Source of the DNA: Escherichia phage vB_EcoM_SA91KD
Sequence record: NC_079183
Length of the DNA stretch: 53,673 bases
Direction: 5' to 3' (one strand)
The stretch's first letter is position 1; each line of letters opens with the position of its first letter. The notes beneath the pieces are model-generated. The model had not been told where the DNA came from. It searched no databases and was given only the letters and a program-made list of their open reading frames with translations. Both the position numbers and the translations under genes were made by a program. This document shows positions 25,450 to 34,767 of the stretch, in pieces.

Positions 25450-26194
25450 GCTCCTCGCTGATGGTACAAGATATACAAAGGCTCACGCACATGATTGGGA
25501 AGACCCAAACTGTCTTATTCGTGGTCGATGCGAATTGTACATCAAAATTGACGGCATACGAGCGATTCGTAATGCTTCTGGTGAGGTATGGAGCCGCAAC
25601 TCTAAACCTCTCCCTCACTGCGACCATCTCAAATTTAAAGATGCGGAAATCTTTCGCGGTTCCTGGAACGAGACTTCATCTATCCTTGGGCGTATCGACC
25701 CTCCGACCGTACCGTTATCGCAAGAAAACGTTTATGAGTTGAGCGATGGTGCTGTTGACCCACGCTTGTACATCGGCTGGTGCAAAGACCCAAGCAATGA
25801 AAACCTTAAGGCATTGATGGATAAATATCTGGCGCTTGGTCATGAAGGTATCATTGTCCGTGATGCAAAAGGTAAATGGTGGAAGATTGTACCATATAAA
25901 TATGCCGATGTGAAGATTACTGGTATGAAAGAAGGTACTGGTGCTCTTAAAGGTATGTGTGGTTCTATCTCTTCGAACTACGGCAGTGCTGGTTCAATGG
26001 TGAAAGATTGCCTGGCAGACCACGGTATTCCAGAATCTAACACATTGATTCGTAAGTGGTTGTGGGAACATCGCCACGAGCTAATTGGTTCGATTATGCA
26101 AGTTCGATATCGTGAGAAGACAGAAGCTGGTAAGTTCCGGTTCCCGTCACTCGTTCGTTTACGTGCAGACAAAAGTGAGGAAAGTTTTGATTAA
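25439..26194 (+). CDS. ATP-dependent ligase, nucleotidyltransferase superfamily (251 aa)
   Basis: Motif I KIDGIR; later EGIIVRD and K-rich motifs. Unusually short for a DNA ligase. Confidence 0.6.
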   Translation: MSIKLLADGTRYTKAHAHDWEDPNCLIRGRCELYIKIDGIRAIRNASGEVWSRNSKPLPHCDHLKFKDAEIFRGSWNETSSILGRIDPPTVPLSQENVYELSDGAVDPRLYIGWCKDPSNENLKALMDKYLALGHEGIIVRDAKGKWWKIVPYKYADVKITGMKEGTGALKGMCGSISSNYGSAGSMVKDCLADHGIPESNTLIRKWLWEHRHELIGSIMQVRYREKTEAGKFRFPSLVRLRADKSEESFD

Positions 26195-26813
26195 GCGACT
26201 AGCTGTTATTCTCAATGGACCTCCTGGCTGCGGTAAAGACACCATTGCAAATAAGATTGTTGCTGCCGAGGAACCTTACTTTCTTGGCAGACGCAAATTC
26301 ATTAAACACCAGTTTAAGGATGCACTGTATGAGCATACTGCCAAACACTTTCAAGTTGATGTGGACAAGTTTATCCACTACGCTTCGGACCGTGACCTCA
26401 AAGACTCTATCTCCCTTGCAGGTCTTGGTGGCAGAACACCTCGTCAGGCTCTTATTCACGTTAGCGAAGATGTGTATAAACCTCGCCACGGACAAGACTA
26501 CTTCGGTAAGGTTGAAGCTGCTCGTGTTGAAGAACTCGCGGGGCGTATGGGTGGCATTATTAATGTCATTTATCCCGATGGCGGTTTTGGTGATGAAGTC
26601 GTTGCCATTGAGTCTGCTTATGATTTTGTCCTCATTGTGCGTTTGCATCGTGATGGTTTTGATTTCACGGGCGATTCTCGCAGATACATCAACCTCCCAG
26701 ACACACCTACCCGCGTAACAGTGGATGAACATCTAGTTGATGGTAAAGTGGGTGATTCTGTATTCAAAGTGTTCAACTGGATTGAACGCGTAACTTATCA
26801 AGTAGAGAAATAA
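26187..26813 (+). CDS. Deoxynucleoside monophosphate kinase (T4 gp1-like P-loop kinase)
   Basis: P-loop ILNGPPGCGKDT. No ATG available: start is probably TTG 26187 after a gagg RBS (or GTG 26175), overlapping the ligase stop. Confidence 0.6.
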   Translation: MIKRLAVILNGPPGCGKDTIANKIVAAEEPYFLGRRKFIKHQFKDALYEHTAKHFQVDVDKFIHYASDRDLKDSISLAGLGGRTPRQALIHVSEDVYKPRHGQDYFGKVEAARVEELAGRMGGIINVIYPDGGFGDEVVAIESAYDFVLIVRLHRDGFDFTGDSRRYINLPDTPTRVTVDEHLVDGKVGDSVFKVFNWIERVTYQVEK

Positions 26814-26815
26814 TC

Positions 26816-27409
26816 ATGTCTTGTATGACCCAAGTTGTTGCAGTTAAACGAGTGCATCCTAATGCGAAATTACCTGTGTACGCTACTGCTGGCGCTGCTG
26901 CTGCTGACGTTTGTACTATCTCCGATAGCACTGTTGTTATCAACCCCGGCTGCTCTGTTGCTTTCGATACTGGCCTCCAATTCGAGGTTCCAGTTGGATA
27001 CGAACTCAAAGTACATAGCCGTTCTGGTCATGGCTTTAAGTCTGGCATCCGCTTGGCAAATTGCACAGGAATTCTGGACTCCGATTATCGTGGCAATCTT
27101 ATGGTTAAGCTGCACAACGACTCGGACACAGCCTTTGTGGTTCAGCCAGGTGAACGTATTTGTCAAGTGCAAGTTAGTAAAGCTACTCAACACCATTTCG
27201 TTGAAGTTGACCGCTTGAATGCAACTGGTCGTGGTGAAGGTGGCTTTGGCTCAACTGGTCGTGTGGAGCTTGGTCAGCACGAAAGACCACATATTCCTGA
27301 TGGTTCACACTCGCACAGCATGTCTGTTGTTGGCGAAGGCACAACGGCCTTTGTTTCAGGAACAACTTCAATTGGTGCCCACACTCACGGGGCCGAACGT
27401 TACAAATAA
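26816..27409 (+). CDS. dut: Trimeric dUTPase with about 47-aa His-containing C-terminal extension (197 aa)
   Basis: dUTPase motifs RSGHG, GILDSDYRG, RGEGGFGSTG; then extension ...DGSHSHSMSVV...GAHTHGAERYK. Confidence 0.8.
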   Translation: MSCMTQVVAVKRVHPNAKLPVYATAGAAAADVCTISDSTVVINPGCSVAFDTGLQFEVPVGYELKVHSRSGHGFKSGIRLANCTGILDSDYRGNLMVKLHNDSDTAFVVQPGERICQVQVSKATQHHFVEVDRLNATGRGEGGFGSTGRVELGQHERPHIPDGSHSHSMSVVGEGTTAFVSGTTSIGAHTHGAERYK

Positions 27410-27427
27410 ATCTGGAACCTATCTGAA

Positions 27428-27757
27428 ATGAAACTGTCCTCACCTGTTGTAGTAAATAACCGCAAAGTTAAATTTGCATATCTCAAGTCTAATGTCACCT
27501 CCACTGGTGGCGGGACTTATCTCACCCGTGCACTTGCAGTTCGCAACGAAACAGGTGCGGATGTTATCGTTTTCATGCTCCCTCATGGTGAAAACACAAT
27601 CAAGAACGTCGAACGTATCAAGCGTGGGCGCGAAGATTTAATGTCGGCTGTCAAGCCGCTGATACTGCCATTTAAGATTGTGGTGGTTGTTGGTTCTACC
27701 CAAGCATATCTTGAAGATTTCTATAAAGATATGGCCTGGAGCGATATTAAATATTAA
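27428..27757 (+). CDS. Hypothetical protein (109 aa); small-terminase position
   Basis: ORF upstream of TerL; no motif. Confidence 0.45.
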   Translation: MKLSSPVVVNNRKVKFAYLKSNVTSTGGGTYLTRALAVRNETGADVIVFMLPHGENTIKNVERIKRGREDLMSAVKPLILPFKIVVVVGSTQAYLEDFYKDMAWSDIKY

Positions 27758-27774
27758 GCGACACGCATAATTAG

Positions 27775-27792
27775 GGAGGCTATCTGGCCTCC
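27775..27792 (+). terminator. Hairpin ggaggc-tatctg-gcctcc followed by T-rich sequence
   Basis: 6-bp GC-rich perfect stem then tatcttatt. Confidence 0.5.
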
Positions 27793-27812
27793 TATCTTAT
27801 TCGGAGTCGCTT

Positions 27813-27998
27813 ATGCGCACAATACAATGTCCTAACTGCCATTATGAAATTGCAGAAGATGATTTCATAACGCAACAATGTCCTATCTGTGATTCATATA
27901 TGCCACTAAATCGCCTGTATTTAAAGGCCGATTCTGGTTTAGGCAGCATCATTCGCATCAATCCCGTGCAAACTCAGCCATTAGTGGATTGTGATTAA
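27813..27998 (+). CDS. Zinc-ribbon small protein (61 aa)
   Basis: CPNCH...CPICD; ggag RBS. Confidence 0.5.
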   Translation: MRTIQCPNCHYEIAEDDFITQQCPICDSYMPLNRLYLKADSGLGSIIRINPVQTQPLVDCD

Positions 27999-28017
27999 AA
28001 ACAAAGAGAACGAATCA

Positions 28018-30036
28018 ATGTCAAAGACTGATGACCTCGGACCGGAGTTTAATGATACAGTAGCCTCGTATCTTGCCAAACACTACGGTGACGTATTAAA
28101 AGTCTCAAGAGAAAGATTCTGTATTCTATCTTTGCCATTGCTCCGTCGATATATTTCAGAAAATACTGCAATAGTTGACAGCTATGAAGAACAAATTCAA
28201 GCAGAGTTAGAAGGCCAGGGTCTTGAAAACGATGCTGTATTGCGTTCCGTTTTCAGAGCACAACTTGAGCGTCTTCGCTCTGGCGACAAGAAAGACTCAA
28301 CTGCCTATGCAGACGAGTTGAAGAAAGGTATTCAAGCTGGTGTTACTGACCGTGTTGTGGGTTCTACTTTGGAAGAGCCAAACTCGGAATACGATAACAC
28401 CGACGAACTCGTAGACAAGATTCTGCATGACCCACATAACGTGGACCCAACTGTAATCCCTGCCAAGGTTGCAGAACGTGTTCGCAAAATCTTGATGAAA
28501 AGTTTCGAAGCCTTTGGTAAATGGCAGTTCCATATCCAAATGGGATTTCCATTTCAAGCACAAGACTTTCACGATGTGATATTTAATGTTGGGCAAAAGG
28601 TTGTTGATGGTGAGATTGACCGCTTAATAGTGACCATTCCTCCACGACACTCTAAGACCCAGCTTATGAGTATTGCGTTGCCCTTGTATTCATTTTGCCA
28701 CAATGAATCAAGCCATAACATTATCACCTCGTATGCAGAAGACGTTGTTCTTGAATCGAGTGGTTACATCCGTGCTGTAATGATGGACCCACTGTTCCAA
28801 CGTATATTCCCGAAGGTGAGAATCGACCCCAACAAACGTTCTCTTGAACGCTGGGGTACAACCAAAGCTGGAGTTATGCACGCAGTACCTACTGGTGGTA
28901 AGCTAACTGGTAAAGGTGCTGGACTTCTTGTTGCAAAATACTCTGGTTGTTTCGTGGTGGATGACGTTATCAAACCGAAAGATGCCTACTCTGACACAGT
29001 TCGAGCAGAAATCAACGACCGATTTGATAACACCTTTATGTCCCGTCTTGCCAACGATGGTTGCATAACTGATTCGCACGGGAACCAAATTAAGTGTGCC
29101 CGTACACCAATGGTTATCATCATGCAGCGAGTTCATGACCAGGATTTAGTTGGTTACATACTCCGTGGTGGCTCTTCTGACAAATACCATTATCTCAATA
29201 TCCCAGCGATTATTGAGAAAGGTGTTGGAAGTGCTGAATGGTATGATAAGTTAATCAAGAAGCAGAACTACACTCATGCTATCCCCATTCTGTATAATTT
29301 GAACAGGAAGGAAGAGAAGTCTGCATTATGGCCTTCACGTAAGAGCTTAGAATCTCTGGAGGCAATGAAAGAGTCTAACCCATACACATACAATTCACAG
29401 TATGCTGGCGACCCATCTGCACAAGGCCACGGCCTTATCAAAGAAGATTGGTGGCAAGAGTATGAACCAGACGTTTTCGACAGAAGTCGCATAGTCAGAA
29501 GTTTTATCACAGCGGATACGGCATCAACTGCCAAATCTTATTCTGATTATTCGGTCCTTAAGCATTGGGGCGTGACTAAAGAGCGTGATGTTTATTGTTT
29601 AGATATTATGCTTGGTAAGTTTGAAACTCCAGAACTCAAGACTGCTATTATCGACTTCTGGAACAAATGCAACAAGTTGGACTTGAAATGTGTAGGTTGT
29701 ATTCCTCGTGCATTGTACATGGAAGACAAGTCTGCTGGACAATTCTTGAACCAACAATTCATTAGAGATGGGAGTGTCCGAGTTTTACCGCTGCCTCGTG
29801 ATGGCATTAATGGTAATGACAAGGTAACTCGATTCCTTAACGCAATCCCATATTTCTCGCAAAAGAGAATATTCTTCCCTGCTGGTCATGAACACATTGA
29901 CCACGTTAGACGTGAAATACTTGGATTCACTTCTTTGGGTAGTGGTACTGGACACGACGATTGTGTCGATAACGTTTCAGATATGGTTGCAATCGAATTC
30001 TCTGGCCCAAGTGCCAACTACTCCGCATGGATGTAA
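28018..30036 (+). CDS. Terminase large subunit (about 672 aa)
   Basis: Walker-A-like VTIPPRHSKT, Walker-B-like CFVVDD, C-terminal nuclease-like region; lambda gpA-like size and position. ATG at 28018; track ORF starts at GTG 27991. Confidence 0.7.
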   Translation: MSKTDDLGPEFNDTVASYLAKHYGDVLKVSRERFCILSLPLLRRYISENTAIVDSYEEQIQAELEGQGLENDAVLRSVFRAQLERLRSGDKKDSTAYADELKKGIQAGVTDRVVGSTLEEPNSEYDNTDELVDKILHDPHNVDPTVIPAKVAERVRKILMKSFEAFGKWQFHIQMGFPFQAQDFHDVIFNVGQKVVDGEIDRLIVTIPPRHSKTQLMSIALPLYSFCHNESSHNIITSYAEDVVLESSGYIRAVMMDPLFQRIFPKVRIDPNKRSLERWGTTKAGVMHAVPTGGKLTGKGAGLLVAKYSGCFVVDDVIKPKDAYSDTVRAEINDRFDNTFMSRLANDGCITDSHGNQIKCARTPMVIIMQRVHDQDLVGYILRGGSSDKYHYLNIPAIIEKGVGSAEWYDKLIKKQNYTHAIPILYNLNRKEEKSALWPSRKSLESLEAMKESNPYTYNSQYAGDPSAQGHGLIKEDWWQEYEPDVFDRSRIVRSFITADTASTAKSYSDYSVLKHWGVTKERDVYCLDIMLGKFETPELKTAIIDFWNKCNKLDLKCVGCIPRALYMEDKSAGQFLNQQFIRDGSVRVLPLPRDGINGNDKVTRFLNAIPYFSQKRIFFPAGHEHIDHVRREILGFTSLGSGTGHDDCVDNVSDMVAIEFSGPSANYSAWM

Positions 30037-30251
30037 ATATGGCGGTTATCACTCGATTAGATGCCCGCTCACGCAAGAACAATTCCTTCCAGATTCAAGA
30101 TTTGGAAGGAAACATTTTGTGTGTGATTGAGGCAGTTTCTACCACAGAGAGCGACTGTGTTAAGTTAAAGCACGAGTCAAATCTGCGACTCCACACCTCC
30201 GACAACATTCAAATTGTTAAGGGTAATGGAACTATTCTAAGGAAGAAATAA
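30027..30251 (+). CDS. Small protein between terminase and portal (gpW-like position), 70-74 aa
   Basis: Same position as lambda W. Confidence 0.4.
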   Translation: MDVNMAVITRLDARSRKNNSFQIQDLEGNILCVIEAVSTTESDCVKLKHESNLRLHTSDNIQIVKGNGTILRKK

Positions 30252-31567
30252 TGACTTCCAAGAAGAAAAACAATCTTTCTGTTAAAGTTGCAGATGGGTT
30301 AGAAAACCTTGTAACGGGGTTGGGCGGTCAGGCAGATAAGTCCACTTTCAACCAGTGGACTTTCTCAAACAAGAACGCGAATTATCGCGAACTTATGAAC
30401 CGCTTCCGTGAGGACTGGGTTGCACAGAAAGTGTGTACCGTCATTCCTCAGGATATGACGCGTAAGTGGCGACATATTGATAGCGAAGAAGGACGCAAGG
30501 CGGATAAGAAACTTCGTATTCGTAAGCTGTTCCGTGAAGCATATCAATGGGCCAGATTGTATGGTACTTCATTTGTTCTGCTCGACCTGAAAGGTACGGG
30601 TAAACTTGATACGCCGTTGCGACTGGATAACTTGAAGACTGGATGTATTAAATCCATGAGAGTTATTGACCGCTCACGCTTATTTGCCGCAGGAACTATG
30701 GTTCTGGACCCTTTGAGTCCTCACTATGGTTTGCCAGAGTATTACACTTTGGCTGGGTATCCCGGCTATATCCATTACACTCGTTTCCTTCGGTTCGAGG
30801 GTACTGAACTACCACTGTTCGAATTTCAACGTAACATGTGGTATTCCGATTCGGTACTTATTCCACTGCTGAAAACGATTGACCAATTCTATACAACTGC
30901 CGCTGCTGCTGCCAGCCTTGCCCAAGAAGCCACCATTGATGTGGTAACTGTTGAAGGCTTGCAATCTTTGCTTACATCACCGGAAGGTGAAGCTGCTGTG
31001 ATGAAGCGCTTCAAACTTATGAAGCTGGCAAAGAGTATTTATAACGTCTTAATTCTCGATAACACTGAGAAGTATGACACCAAGTCAATTGCACTATCTG
31101 GTGTGAAAGATTTGATTTGGGAATACTTGAAGATAGTTGCTGCCGCAGTTGGTATTCCGGCTACACGTTTCCTTTCTGCATCTCCAGACGGTATGAACGC
31201 TACGGGCGAATCTGACCTCGTAAACTATATCGACTTGTTGACTGGCTTGCAGACTTCTGTGTTCGACCCTCGTTTAGATGTGGTAGACAAGATTGTCCAG
31301 GCGCACTTTGGCATTGAAGAATATAACTACGAATGGTTAGATATCTTCCCTGAATCCAATGTTGAGAAAGCGAAGCGAGCTAAAGATTTGGCATTTGCTG
31401 TTGACCTGCTGGTTAACAACGGTACTATCACTACCGAAGTTGCAAACGAAGTTATGTTCCATTCGGGCGTGTTCGGAACTTGTGACCTTGGCAAACCAAA
31501 TCCTAATCCTCCTAACATCCAAAAGGGTAACGCAAGTGAAGCAAAACCAAAACCTGGTTCAGCTTAA
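30251..31567 (+). CDS. Portal protein (438 aa)
   Basis: aagga RBS; position immediately after TerL/W; size fits portals. Confidence 0.6.
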   Translation: MTSKKKNNLSVKVADGLENLVTGLGGQADKSTFNQWTFSNKNANYRELMNRFREDWVAQKVCTVIPQDMTRKWRHIDSEEGRKADKKLRIRKLFREAYQWARLYGTSFVLLDLKGTGKLDTPLRLDNLKTGCIKSMRVIDRSRLFAAGTMVLDPLSPHYGLPEYYTLAGYPGYIHYTRFLRFEGTELPLFEFQRNMWYSDSVLIPLLKTIDQFYTTAAAAASLAQEATIDVVTVEGLQSLLTSPEGEAAVMKRFKLMKLAKSIYNVLILDNTEKYDTKSIALSGVKDLIWEYLKIVAAAVGIPATRFLSASPDGMNATGESDLVNYIDLLTGLQTSVFDPRLDVVDKIVQAHFGIEEYNYEWLDIFPESNVEKAKRAKDLAFAVDLLVNNGTITTEVANEVMFHSGVFGTCDLGKPNPNPPNIQKGNASEAKPKPGSA

Positions 31568-32600
31568 CGACGAAGATACCGTGAATGAAGTAGTTTTGTT
31601 GAACGACAAGGCTACTTTAACGACCCGTCGTTTACGTGACTCTGGCGAAATGATTGCAGAATGCACCATCGCTCGTACTGGCATTATGCTGTACAAGGCG
31701 AAAGAACTTGGTGAAATTGCAAAACATCTGGACCCAGAATCTATTTGCCGTGTTCGTACCAAGCCGGAAGTATTATTTGACGAAGCAACCATCGAAGGCT
31801 GTCGTTCAATTCCGGTTACTATCGGCCATCCGAAAAATGATGTTAACATCAAGAACAACAAAGAACTCCAGAAAGGGTTCATCGAAGGGCGTCCAGTTGC
31901 AGACGGTTCTTTCTTGGCTGCATCAATCGTTTTGAATGACGAGCAAGCTATTCGATTAGTTGATTCTGGCGTTGACCAAATCTCCTTGGGCCATAATGCT
32001 GAACTGGCTGTGTCAGAAGATGATGAAGCTGACTTCGATAAAGTTCGCATTATCCCTAACCATGCTGCAATTGTTGTTCGTGGTCGTGCTCAGACTACTC
32101 GCATTGGTGACTCTGGTGAAGAGATTGCCATTGTTGATAAGGCAACCTTTGACGTTGTTGAAGCAGAGCGTGATGCAGCGCTTGACAAGATTAGTGTCCT
32201 TGAGCAGAAACTTGCTGATGCAGAAACTGCACGACTATCCGATGAAGCCATTCAGGCTGAGGTAGACAAACGTGTAATTGCTCGTACAGCACTGCTTGTT
32301 GATGTGGCACGTCTTGGCGACGAGTTCTCCAACCTCGATTTCTCCGGCAAGACCGATGCAGAAATTAAGTTGGCTGTAGTTAATAAATTGCATGACAAGG
32401 ATTTCAGCGATAAGAGCGAGGACTATATCTCCGCCCGTTTCGATGCAGCTCTTGAAGATTGCGATTCCATTACTTTGGGAGATGCCCTGAATCAGTCTAT
32501 GCAATTCTCTGCTAAGAAAGATTCAGAAGCTCGTAAACCTAAAGTTTCTATTTCCGAAGAAGCTAACAAACGTCGTTTAGAACGCTTCAACTCTTTATAA
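31536..32600 (+). CDS. Putative prohead protease / scaffolding protein (start uncertain)
   Basis: Between portal and decoration/capsid (lambda C/Nu3 position); C-terminal coiled-coil-like region ERDAALDKISVLEQKLADAETARL. GTG 31536 or ATG near 31645. Confidence 0.45.
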   Translation: MKQNQNLVQLNDEDTVNEVVLLNDKATLTTRRLRDSGEMIAECTIARTGIMLYKAKELGEIAKHLDPESICRVRTKPEVLFDEATIEGCRSIPVTIGHPKNDVNIKNNKELQKGFIEGRPVADGSFLAASIVLNDEQAIRLVDSGVDQISLGHNAELAVSEDDEADFDKVRIIPNHAAIVVRGRAQTTRIGDSGEEIAIVDKATFDVVEAERDAALDKISVLEQKLADAETARLSDEAIQAEVDKRVIARTALLVDVARLGDEFSNLDFSGKTDAEIKLAVVNKLHDKDFSDKSEDYISARFDAALEDCDSITLGDALNQSMQFSAKKDSEARKPKVSISEEANKRRLERFNSL

Positions 32601-32609
32601 GGTAAGACA

Positions 32610-33083
32610 ATGCCAAAGCAAGATTGGTCTATTAATACTGGTGAAGCATATGCAGGTGAACAATATGGCCTGGCTACCACCAACTCCCAGCGCCTGACTT
32701 ACGTTGCCGAAGAAGAAATGGCAAACTTTGGTCTGGCTGTTGTTCAAGGCACGGCTTCTAATCAGGTTAAACCTGGTATTGAATCTGATGGCACTGTTCT
32801 GGGCATTACTATGCGCCAGATTAACATCGAATCTGCTACTCGTCCTGGCGACGGCACTGTTGCAATCAAAGTTGGCTGGCCTCTGGGCGTTATGTTGTCT
32901 GGCCCAATCATGGTCAAACTGAAAACTGCAATCACCGACAAGAACATTGGTGTATCCACTGAAGGTGAATTTGGTGGCGTTGGTGCTGGCTATACTAAGG
33001 CAACCAACCTGACTGCACTTCGTTATCCGGCTTCCGCTGGTGATGTTGTCCCGGTCATGATTAACGTAGTCCCAAAGCCGTAA
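32610..33083 (+). CDS. Putative head decoration protein (157 aa), zero-frame product
   Basis: aaggtaag RBS; lambda gpD-like position just upstream of the capsid gene; ends ...VVPKP-stop with a slippery heptamer in the last codons. Confidence 0.55.
   Translation: MPKQDWSINTGEAYAGEQYGLATTNSQRLTYVAEEEMANFGLAVVQGTASNQVKPGIESDGTVLGITMRQINIESATRPGDGTVAIKVGWPLGVMLSGPIMVKLKTAITDKNIGVSTEGEFGGVGAGYTKATNLTALRYPASAGDVVPVMINVVPKP
33071..33077 (+). other. Candidate -1 programmed ribosomal frameshift site C_CCA_AAG
   Basis: Canonical X_XXY_YYZ heptamer with zero-frame codons CCA AAG, 4 nt before the stop; the -1 frame is open into the Ig-like ORF; inverted repeat cctaca/tgtagg lies 20 nt downstream. Confidence 0.55.
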
Positions 33084-33658
33084 CGCCACCTCCAGCTCCT
33101 ACAGTATCTGCTGTTGTAGGGGCTGTAACTGCGGACGCATCTGCCTCTGATGCTACTGTAACTGTGGACAAACTGTTTGAATTTGAGAACTCCGCAGCAA
33201 CAGATTATAACTTCGCTGTTACACCTCCTGTGACTGGTGTTTCTGTGGCGGCAAACGGCACTGTGACTGTACTTAGTGCAACGACTACAGCCACTTCTGC
33301 GATAATCAAGGCAACGAATAAAACAGAATCTGGTGTAACTGCATCTAAACAGATTACGATTAAGCCTAAACCTCCTGCACCTACGGTGTCTGCTGTAGCT
33401 GGAGTTGTAACGGCTGATGCGTCTTCTACTGATGCCACTGTAACTGTAGACAAGCTGTTCAAGTTTGGTAACTCTACAGCAACAGACTACACCTACGCTA
33501 TTACGCCTCCTGTGACTGGCGTTTCTGTGGCTGCAAATGGTACTGTAACCGTCTTGAATGAGGCAACTACCGATACCTCTGCCACGGTTAAGGCAACAAA
33601 CAAAACAACCTCCAGCGTGACTGCAACTAAAGAAATTGCTATTACGCCGAAGTCTTAA
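33077..33658 (+). CDS. Frameshift extension ORF encoding two tandem Ig-like (BIG-type) domains
   Basis: Open in the -1 frame from the slippery site; no ATG or RBS of its own; two about 95-aa repeats (PPAPTVSAV...TVDKLF.F.NS.ATDY...ITPPVTGVSVAANGTVTVL...KATNKT). Confidence 0.55.
   Translation, partial: AVTPPPAPTVSAVVGAVTADASASDATVTVDKLFEFENSAATDYNFAVTPPVTGVSVAANGTVTVLSATTTATSAIIKATNKTESGVTASKQITIKPKPPAPTVSAVAGVVTADASSTDATVTVDKLFKFGNSTATDYTYAITPPVTGVSVAANGTVTVLNEATTDTSATVKATNKTTSSVTATKEIAITPKS
33086..33655 (+). repeat. Tandem duplication, two units of about 285 nt each
   Basis: Units at about 33086-33370 and 33371-33655 are clearly homologous at nucleotide and protein level. Confidence 0.8.
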
Positions 33659-33680
33659 GTTGTGATGGCGCAATTAATAG

Positions 33681-34721
33681 TTGCGCCTCACCAAACAAAA
33701 CGGATTAATTTACATGCCTAAGATGATTAAACTGGCGGACGGTTCTGAATTCGAACTGAACGACGCTATCACCCGTATTCAGGATTCTGGCACTGTTGTC
33801 CTGAATGACGACGATGCAGTATTCTTTCAACGCCAGCTTGAGTACATTGAAGCTCAAACTTACGACACTCTGTATCCAGAACTGGAAGCTCGTGCTGCTT
33901 TCGGTGTGGACACTACTGGCGGTGCTGGCGTAAACACTCTGACTTATCGTTCTTACAACCATGTTGGTAAAGCTCAGGTAATTAACGCCCGTGCAACCGA
34001 CCTGCCGAAGTCCAGCATTTCTGGTAAAGAATACAGCATCCCTGTTAAATCTGTTGGTACTGCATTTGACTACGATATTGATGAAGTGGCGTCTGCTGCT
34101 GTTACTGGCCTCCCGCTGGAAACTCGTAAAGCAAATGCTGCTATTCGTGGTTACGAACAGTATGTCAACTCTGCTGCATGGTACGGCGATAAAGCTAACG
34201 GTTTTGTTGGCTTCTTCGAAAACCCAGACATTACCAAAGCAACTGTTGCTCAGGGTGCTGGCGGTTCTACTAAGTGGGCCGAGAAGACTCCGACCGAAGT
34301 TATTGCCGACCTGACTGCTGCTGTGTCTGCAATGTATTCCTCTACTCTGAAAATCATGCGCCCGGATGAAATCTGGATGCCTGTTGAGCATGAGCAGTAC
34401 ATCTTCAACACTGCACGTTCTGAGCAGTCTGATAAGACGATTGGTCAATTCTTCATTGACAACAACCAGTTCATCAACTCCCGTGATAAAATCAAGGGTC
34501 TGAACGCAATCAAAGGTCACGGCGATGCTGGCTCTGACTGCTTCGTTGTTGTTTGCCGCAATGCAATGGGCAACCGTACTTTCCGTCTGCGTGAACCCCT
34601 GCCGCTGACCTGGCAACCAGTACAGCTTCATGGTCTGGTTTATGAAGTTCCTGGCCGTGGTCGTTTCGCTGGCTTCCAAGCGATGTATCCGGCAGCAATC
34701 TCCATCAACTCCGGCATCTGA
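33681..34721 (+). CDS. Major capsid protein (about 335-346 aa)
   Basis: Lambda gpE-like position and size; high-expression codon choice. Start TTG 33681 per track, or ATG 33714. Confidence 0.65.
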   Translation: MRLTKQNGLIYMPKMIKLADGSEFELNDAITRIQDSGTVVLNDDDAVFFQRQLEYIEAQTYDTLYPELEARAAFGVDTTGGAGVNTLTYRSYNHVGKAQVINARATDLPKSSISGKEYSIPVKSVGTAFDYDIDEVASAAVTGLPLETRKANAAIRGYEQYVNSAAWYGDKANGFVGFFENPDITKATVAQGAGGSTKWAEKTPTEVIADLTAAVSAMYSSTLKIMRPDEIWMPVEHEQYIFNTARSEQSDKTIGQFFIDNNQFINSRDKIKGLNAIKGHGDAGSDCFVVVCRNAMGNRTFRLREPLPLTWQPVQLHGLVYEVPGRGRFAGFQAMYPAAISINSGI

Positions 34722-34767
34722 TAAATAGGGCGGGATTATTCTCGCCCATAACTTAAGAGAAATAGTA

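Noticed and set aside
33023-33673. 216-aa reverse-strand ORF over the Ig-like repeat region
   Set aside because: Translation is Arg/Cys/Ser-rich nonsense; the + strand encodes clear tandem Ig-like domains.
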